A stretch of DNA of 13,105 nt from an uncultured bacterium. Lineage in GTDB: Bacteria; CAIJMQ01. The DNA is taken from positions 10,608 to 23,712 of the forward strand of contig CAZNJA010000020.1 of assembly GCA_964573245.1 (NCBI GenBank), read 5' to 3'. The translations under genes and the position numbers were made by a program. How positions within the stretch are numbered: the stretch's first letter is position 1; each line of letters begins with the position of its first letter. Below the pieces are notes generated by a model. The model saw only the letters and a program-made list of their open reading frames with translations. It had not been told where the DNA came from and ran no database searches. Of this stretch, positions 7,725-13,105 are shown one piece after another.

Positions 7725-8759
7725 TCAAAAATTGTCTTTGTTCTTTTTTAGTTCCGTCAAAAGTTCTTCCATATCCATAGATTTTGCCGCAATGCGCTTA
7801 TCTGCCGCGCCATAATAAATATACAACCTGCCGTCTTTTAGGATGGCCCCCGTCGGAAAAACAACATTGTTGACATCTCCCTGCTTTTCCCATTTTTGAC
7901 TCGGTGAAAATAAAGGACGTTTTAGCCGCGCGATAATTTTAGTCGGGTCATTAATATCCAATAATGCCGCGCCGGCATGATAAATTCTTCCAATGCGCGA
8001 ATCTTCTACGGCATGATATATCAAAAGCCATCCGTCTTTTGTTTCGATAGGCGGACAACCGCCCCCGATATTTCTGCTTTCAAATCTGGATACAGAATCG
8101 AGAATAACATATTTGCCCAAATTTTTAAGATAACACCTCCAATAATCATCGGTTAGCTCTTTGAAATCATCAAAATATATAACCTGAATTCCGGGAAGTA
8201 TGCGGTGAACCAACGCAAATTTGCCGTTAATTTTTTTAGGAAATATAAAAGCGTCTTTTTCCCAAAGCAGGATATCATCGCCTTGTCTGTCTTTTATATA
8301 TGATGCAAATATGGAATATTTCTCTCTAATCTTGACCTTTGAACAACAGAAGAGATTACCGGCTTCGGCATAAGTAATACGCGGAGAAATTACTCCATGC
8401 TTTGTAAAATTTACAAGGTCAGTACTTGTAGCATAAGCAATAAGCGCATTCTTCCCATCATAAACGGTATAAAAAAGATAATATACTCCGTCAAGAAAAA
8501 CAATCCTCGGGTCTTCTATGCCATTCTTTTCGTAATCGTACTCCGGGAAAATAACGGGTTTATCCAACCTTAGCACAACCTTATTGTCTACCAACTGGCA
8601 ATAACCTATTGACGAATCCATATCACCTTTCCTTACTCCTCTGTAAAACATATGAGTTATACCGTTTAGCTCAATGCAAGCGGGATTTAAGACCGCCTGA
8701 TTATCAAATCCATTCTGCGAGCTTTCAAGTATTATGCCTTCGTTTTTAATTTGAACCAT
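7725..8759 (-). CDS. GH130-like (DUF377) five-bladed beta-propeller glycoside hydrolase/phosphorylase
   Basis: VLNPA, MFYR, GIEDPR, YTVYDG, EKDAFIFP, HRI, IGGGCPPI, LLIYH, YHAGAALLD, E..GDVNNVVFPTG, YIYYGAAD. Confidence 0.9.
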   Translation of the reverse strand: MVQIKNEGIILESSQNGFDNQAVLNPACIELNGITHMFYRGVRKGDMDSSIGYCQLVDNKVVLRLDKPVIFPEYDYEKNGIEDPRIVFLDGVYYLFYTVYDGKNALIAYATSTDLVNFTKHGVISPRITYAEAGNLFCCSKVKIREKYSIFASYIKDRQGDDILLWEKDAFIFPKKINGKFALVHRILPGIQVIYFDDFKELTDDYWRCYLKNLGKYVILDSVSRFESRNIGGGCPPIETKDGWLLIYHAVEDSRIGRIYHAGAALLDINDPTKIIARLKRPLFSPSQKWEKQGDVNNVVFPTGAILKDGRLYIYYGAADKRIAAKSMDMEELLTELKKNKDNF

Positions 8760-8798
8760 TTATTGCCCCTTTCCTATTAGAAATTAATTTTGAATGCT

Positions 8799-8827
8799 AT
8801 TTTAACATTTTTAAAAGCGAATCGTAA
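8799..8827 (-). promoter_or_regulatory. Putative extended -10 promoter for the GH130-GT4-NTase-pyk operon
   Basis: Minus strand TTACGA-17 bp-TAAAAT with TG one base upstream of the -10 (TGtTAAAAT); AT-rich context, so it could be chance. Confidence 0.4.
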
Positions 8828-8995
8828 TTGAACCTATGACAAAAACAACTTCGCAGATTGAATTGATTGAAAACTGCTCTTAAAAAAATTCACTTTTCCC
8901 CCTTGCGTAAACCGCTTGAAGATTTCCTGAAAAATCTTCTTCGCACGCTTCGGGATGAGTTTTTATCGCCTTTTGTATTCGCTCCTTGCCTAATC

Positions 8996-9026
8996 GCCCC
9001 AAAATTCTCTTTGATAATTTTGGGGC
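8996..9026. repeat. Inverted repeat with an 11-bp perfect stem
   Basis: GCCCCAAAATT (8996-9006), 9-nt loop, AATTTTGGGGC (9016-9026). The right end continues GGGGCAGGC, the reverse complement of GCCTGCCCC. Confidence 0.8.
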
Positions 9027-9050
9027 AGGCTGCGGAGTTAATTCGCCCAT

Positions 9051-9091
9051 ACAACTTACGTTGTCCGCCTACGGTGGATAACGTAAGTTGT
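9051..9091. repeat. Long inverted repeat immediately 3' of tRNA-Arg
   Basis: ACAACTTACGTTGTCCGCC-TAC-GGTGGATAACGTAAGTTGT: 19-bp arms with 17 Watson-Crick pairs and 2 G.T pairs on the plus strand. Confidence 0.85.
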
Positions 9092-9103
9092 GAGCTCATT
9101 AAG

Positions 9104-9177
9104 TGTCCCTGACAGGATTTGAACCTGTGCAACCGACTCCGGAGGCCGGCGCTCTATCCGGGCTGAGCTACAGGGAC
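9104..9177 (-). tRNA. tRNA-Arg(CCG), CCA not encoded
   Basis: GTCCCTG acceptor pairs with CAGGGAC; D arm GCTC/GAGC; anticodon arm CCGGC-CT CCG GA-GTCGG; T arm ACAGG-TTCAAAT-CCTGT; discriminator A followed by CTT. Confidence 0.96.
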
Positions 9178-9180
9178 AGC

Positions 9181-9202
9181 TTCTCTCACCTTCGTGAGAG
9201 AA
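9181..9202. repeat. Perfect 9-bp hairpin in the tRNA 5' leader
   Basis: TTCTCTCAC-CTTC-GTGAGAGAA, 3 nt from the mature tRNA 5' end. Confidence 0.75.
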
Positions 9203-9345
9203 AAATCAAAAATAAAAAATAAAATATTAAATATCCGAGTCAAAATTAAAAACTATTTATATAATAAACTTAATTCAATTTAAAATCCAATTCCACGGAG
9301 TTTTTCTTGCAAAATGGCAGGCGGTATGCTATATGTAGCGCTACT

Positions 9346-11604
9346 ATGCATATCAGATTTACCATGGTTTTTCTGTTTTTTACCCTTATTCTTTCCCCGA
9401 ATCTCAATGCCGATGAAGTTATTCAGAACGGCCTGCCGTCCCGCCTTGACTCGTCGTCTTTGGCGAGGCAGGTAAAAATAGAAGGTGAAAGGGTAGAGTA
9501 TCTCATAAAAGACGACTTTATTATTGCGATAGATAATGCATTCATCGAATATAAAAACATAAAGATTTTTGCGGACAGACTGGAAATAAACATTGATGCC
9601 GAAGAGGTCAAAGCCATCAATAATGTCTATTACGTCAAAGGACAAAATACCGTGCACGCTAATGAAATGTTTTACGATTTGAAAGAAAATAGAGGCTATT
9701 TCGCCGGCGATATAACAGGTTACTTCCCGCCCTGGCACTGGACAGGAAAAAGAATAGATGTTCTCTCGGAAAATGAATTTACTTTAAGCCGCGGCAGTTT
9801 CACCACCTGCGACCGCAAATATCCGCATTATCATTTAAGTTGTTCCAGCGCAACACTTAACCTTGAAGACAAAGCAACCGCAAAAAATATGCTTTTTTTC
9901 CTATACGGTGTCCCTATTTTTTATTTCCCTTATTATCATGTTTATATAAAAAACCCTCCTTACGGATTAGTAAATTGGGTGGGATATTCCGAAGAAAAAG
10001 GGTGGATGGATCTCGCCCATTACAACTGGTATGTGAATGATAACCTTAGAGGCAGAATATATCTGGACTATCTTGAAAATTTGGGCTGGGGACAAGGATT
10101 TGATATAGATTTGGAAAATGAAGGCGGCAAAAATTATATATATGCATATTATATGGATGAAGACGATGATTTCTACGAGCGGGACAGCATAAAAAGATAC
10201 GGCGGAACCGTCGAAGGAAACGACAAATACAAAAGATGGAAAGGCGTGTTCAAACACAGACAAGAATGGCAAAACGACTTAACGAGCATTATGAAAATAG
10301 AAAGATTTTCCGACGAGAATTTCAACAAAGACTTTTTCTTCGAGGAGATGAACAAAGGAGAGGAAAAATTTGCGTTAAGCAGAGCCCCCGAAAATTATTT
10401 CGCGCTTGAGCAAATAAAACCTGATTACAATTCCGTTTTTTATCTAAACGCCGCTTTGAACGATTTTGAGTATTTGGTCCAAAGACAACCAAGCATTTTC
10501 TTTGCCACAAGAGAACAGAGAATAGAAAATTCACCGCTTCATTATAAAATAGAAGCAGATTATTCCCACTTTAAAGAGGCATTTCCCGAAGAAGAAGATA
10601 TCGACGCAGACACGGAACTCGACCGATTTGATTTATTCGGCAAGTTATCTTCTCCTCACAGGATAAGCAACTGGCTCACAAGCGAGCCGTATCTCACCTT
10701 TAGAGGAACAGGATACAGCGAAAACGCAGAAGAAAAAGCGGTATTTAGAACAACGGAAAGTGTCGGATGGAACTTAAGGAGCAAACTCGCAAGAAAGTAC
10801 GGAGACGTTCAACATATTTTTCAGCCGCAAATAGGATATTATTACAGGCCCGACCCGAGTATTCCTAGAAACGAATTAATAAGACTTGACCCGATAGACA
10901 GGATAACTTCACAGAACGGATTTTTCGTCGAAATTATCAACCGTCTGAAAATCCCAAAATACGAACAGACAGAAGAGTATTTCCCTCCCGAAGATATGGA
11001 CGAAATCTATTTAAGAGAAGCCCAGCCCATTATATCTCCTTCAATCCGCTCGGATTCGCCTGCCGATTTAATAAAGACAGACAAAACGACATACACAGAG
11101 CCGTTTAATCTAAGGATTTTTTCAAATTATTCAATAGAGGAAGAGCAGTGGGACCACGTTTTCATAGAAAACACTCTTAATCCTATATCCGGAATATCTC
11201 TTGTTTCAGACGCCACATACACACCGCAAAAAGACCGATTCGAAATTGTAAATTCAAGTCTGGGAATAAGCAAATGGGAAAAAGCCGGCGGTTCTTTAGG
11301 ATTAAGTTATTACAGAACAGAAGATTTATACCGCGCAAACGGGACTATATGGTTCGACTTTTTGTTTAATACGCAACTGCAATTTTCAACGACATACGAT
11401 ATAGAAAATGAATTTATAAGAAGCGGCGGCGTTTATATAAAGAAACCGCTTCATTGCTGGACAGCGGAACTTCAAATGAACAATTACAAAAGAACCAAAG
11501 ACGAGGAATACACTTTCGAAATTTTTCTGACTTTGAGCATAACCGACCTTTCGGGATTTAAACTTCCGTTGTCCACAAGCATTACGCCGACAAACAAAAA
11601 ATAA
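9346..11604 (+). CDS. lptD: LPS-assembly protein LptD family outer-membrane beta-barrel
   Basis: Signal peptide MHIRFTMVFLFFTLILSPNLNA (ATG 9346 preferred over TTG 9307); jellyroll motifs IFADRLE, GSFTTCD...PHY, GVPIFYFPY; aromatic-rich barrel; C-terminal LHCW motif. Confidence 0.82.
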   Translation: MHIRFTMVFLFFTLILSPNLNADEVIQNGLPSRLDSSSLARQVKIEGERVEYLIKDDFIIAIDNAFIEYKNIKIFADRLEINIDAEEVKAINNVYYVKGQNTVHANEMFYDLKENRGYFAGDITGYFPPWHWTGKRIDVLSENEFTLSRGSFTTCDRKYPHYHLSCSSATLNLEDKATAKNMLFFLYGVPIFYFPYYHVYIKNPPYGLVNWVGYSEEKGWMDLAHYNWYVNDNLRGRIYLDYLENLGWGQGFDIDLENEGGKNYIYAYYMDEDDDFYERDSIKRYGGTVEGNDKYKRWKGVFKHRQEWQNDLTSIMKIERFSDENFNKDFFFEEMNKGEEKFALSRAPENYFALEQIKPDYNSVFYLNAALNDFEYLVQRQPSIFFATREQRIENSPLHYKIEADYSHFKEAFPEEEDIDADTELDRFDLFGKLSSPHRISNWLTSEPYLTFRGTGYSENAEEKAVFRTTESVGWNLRSKLARKYGDVQHIFQPQIGYYYRPDPSIPRNELIRLDPIDRITSQNGFFVEIINRLKIPKYEQTEEYFPPEDMDEIYLREAQPIISPSIRSDSPADLIKTDKTTYTEPFNLRIFSNYSIEEEQWDHVFIENTLNPISGISLVSDATYTPQKDRFEIVNSSLGISKWEKAGGSLGLSYYRTEDLYRANGTIWFDFLFNTQLQFSTTYDIENEFIRSGGVYIKKPLHCWTAELQMNNYKRTKDEEYTFEIFLTLSITDLSGFKLPLSTSITPTNKK

Positions 11605-11664
11605 ATTTCATCGGGATTGTTGTAAAATACACTAACGGACAAAGCAAAAGAAAGTAGGCTCATT

Positions 11665-13105
11665 ATGCCTGAATCCATACGGAAAAAATCACCGCAAAAT
11701 AGATTCCTGCTCATTCACGGAAATTCATTGGCGTACAAGAGTTACTATTCCCTTGCCTCCCTCCCGTTCGAATTGGGACAAAGGGAAAGCACAATTTCCC
11801 TTTTTGCAAAAATAATCTTAAAACTCTTAAAAGATTACGAGCCGATGTATTGCGCTGTCGTATTCGATAAGCCATCGCCTGCAAAAATAAAAAAATCAAC
11901 GTTCACATTAAAAACATTTCATCCCGCAATGCCAAATTCTTTACTGAAAGAAACCGCTTCTTTTAAGAAAATCCTGAAATCACTCAATATCCCAATCATC
12001 CAGGAAAAAGGATACAAAGCATCAGATATAATAGGGAAATTGGCTAATTCTTCCGCAAAAGAAAAGATAGAAACGATAATTATTTCCAGCAACAAAGATG
12101 TCCTTCAATTAATATCGGAAAACCCCGAAAGAAATGGTATTTCTAACGGGGTAAACATAAAGGTAATAAACCCTTTCCAGAATTATAAAGTTTACGATAA
12201 CAATAATATCAGACGGGAAATCGGAGTAAATCCCGGGCATATTCCGGATTTTTTGGCTCTTACGGGAGAGAAGGAAGCAAATATCCCGGGCATAGAAGGG
12301 ATAGGCGAAAAGAAAGCAATCAAACTTCTAAAAGAATATTCAAATATAGAAAATATTACTGAAAAGGCGCCGGATATGAAAGAACACAGAACTACTCTGC
12401 AACTATATAAAAAAATAGCGCTGATAAACAAAGAAGTTCCGATTGGTTTCGATTTGGAAAAATATTTACTTAAACCTTATAACATCGAAAAAATAACAAA
12501 GGTCTTCCGGAGTTTGGGGCTCGTGCGTTTACTGCTGGATTTTTCAGGCTATAAAAAGTCGGAAAACGCAAATTACAAAATTATTCTTACAGAAAATGAA
12601 CTTGATAATTTGGCAAAGCAAATGGCAGAACAAAAAGAAATAGCACTCGATACCGAAACGACTTCCGTATCCCCTACCCGCGCAAATTTAGTCGGAATTT
12701 CGCTGTCTTTCAAAGAAGGCGAGGCGTATTACATCCCTATCGCGCACAAATATTTGGGCGCGCCCAAACAACTGGATTTAAAATTGGTTCTGGAACGATT
12801 AAGACCTGTTTTGCAAAACCCGAAAATCAAAAAAGTCGGGCAAAATATAAAATATGATTACACTGTCTTGAAAAGGGCAGGACTTGAGATTAAAGACATA
12901 AATTTCGACACGATGATAGCATCTTATCTTATAAATCCGGTAAGAGGAGAGCACAACCTTTCGCATCTTGCCCTAAAATATTTGGGTTTTAAAATGCTCT
13001 CTTTTACAGAGCTTGTAGGGGATAAAAAAACAATAGCTGAAATAGAAATTGACAGAGTGGCGAATTATGCTTGTGAAGATGCCGATTTTACTTTTAGGAT
13101 AAAAA
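11665..13105 (+). CDS. polA: DNA polymerase I, N-terminal 480 aa (degenerate 5'-3' nuclease domain plus 3'-5' exonuclease domain); continues beyond the window
   Basis: Open frame from ATG 11665 to the edge: FLLIHGNSLAY, AVVFD, NIPGIEGIGEKKA (helix-hairpin-helix), ALDTETT (Exo I), GQNIKYD (Exo II), FDTMIASYL, YACEDAD (Exo III). Confidence 0.93.
   Translation, partial: MPESIRKKSPQNRFLLIHGNSLAYKSYYSLASLPFELGQRESTISLFAKIILKLLKDYEPMYCAVVFDKPSPAKIKKSTFTLKTFHPAMPNSLLKETASFKKILKSLNIPIIQEKGYKASDIIGKLANSSAKEKIETIIISSNKDVLQLISENPERNGISNGVNIKVINPFQNYKVYDNNNIRREIGVNPGHIPDFLALTGEKEANIPGIEGIGEKKAIKLLKEYSNIENITEKAPDMKEHRTTLQLYKKIALINKEVPIGFDLEKYLLKPYNIEKITKVFRSLGLVRLLLDFSGYKKSENANYKIILTENELDNLAKQMAEQKEIALDTETTSVSPTRANLVGISLSFKEGEAYYIPIAHKYLGAPKQLDLKLVLERLRPVLQNPKIKKVGQNIKYDYTVLKRAGLEIKDINFDTMIASYLINPVRGEHNLSHLALKYLGFKMLSFTELVGDKKTIAEIEIDRVANYACEDADFTFRIK
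12120..12156 (+). repeat. 33-bp palindromic in-frame insertion in polA with an AAAC direct repeat
   Basis: ACCCCG-aa-AGAAAT-ggt-ATTTCT-aa-CGGGGT (12122-12152); AAAC at 12120-12123 and 12153-12156; adds PERNGISNGVN. Confidence 0.85.

Noticed and set aside
8867-9132. 81-aa (+) and 80-aa (-) ORFs next to the tRNA as real genes
   Set aside because: They run through hairpins and the tRNA, lack a clear RBS and have no recognisable domain.
9307-9345. TTG start at 9307 for lptD
   Set aside because: It adds a non-signal-like extension; ATG 9346 gives a normal signal peptide, and 9307-9335 looks more like promoter sequence (TTGCAA-17-TATATG, imperfect).

Overview
AT-rich bacterial chromosomal window from a diderm organism (it carries an LptD-like gene; a PVC/candidate-phylum lineage such as Omnitrophota is a guess). 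Left to right: an ABC-F ATPase (minus strand, runs off the left edge); a 52-aa CxxC-x17-CxxC zinc-ribbon protein missed by the ORF track; a LOG-family protein; a glycine-zipper lipoprotein (plus); a tightly packed minus-strand four-gene operon (GH130 glycosidase/phosphorylase, GT4 plus helical-barrel fusion, HxGH nucleotidyltransferase, pyruvate kinase lacking its C-terminal domain); tRNA-Arg(CCG) flanked by three hairpins; lptD; and polA (runs off the right edge). Three things stand out. (1) Several genes carry short palindromic or repeated insertions that keep the reading frame: 33 bp in polA with an AAAC direct repeat, an 81-bp tandem array in the nucleotidyltransferase, and about 108 bp in the GT4 fusion. 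(2) The PolA 5'-3' (flap) nuclease domain has lost most of its catalytic carboxylates while the 3'-5' proofreading motifs are intact. (3) A C-domain-less pyruvate kinase with a [10 protein letters not shown] motif is coupled to a glycan operon. All family calls come from motif recognition by eye; no searches were run.
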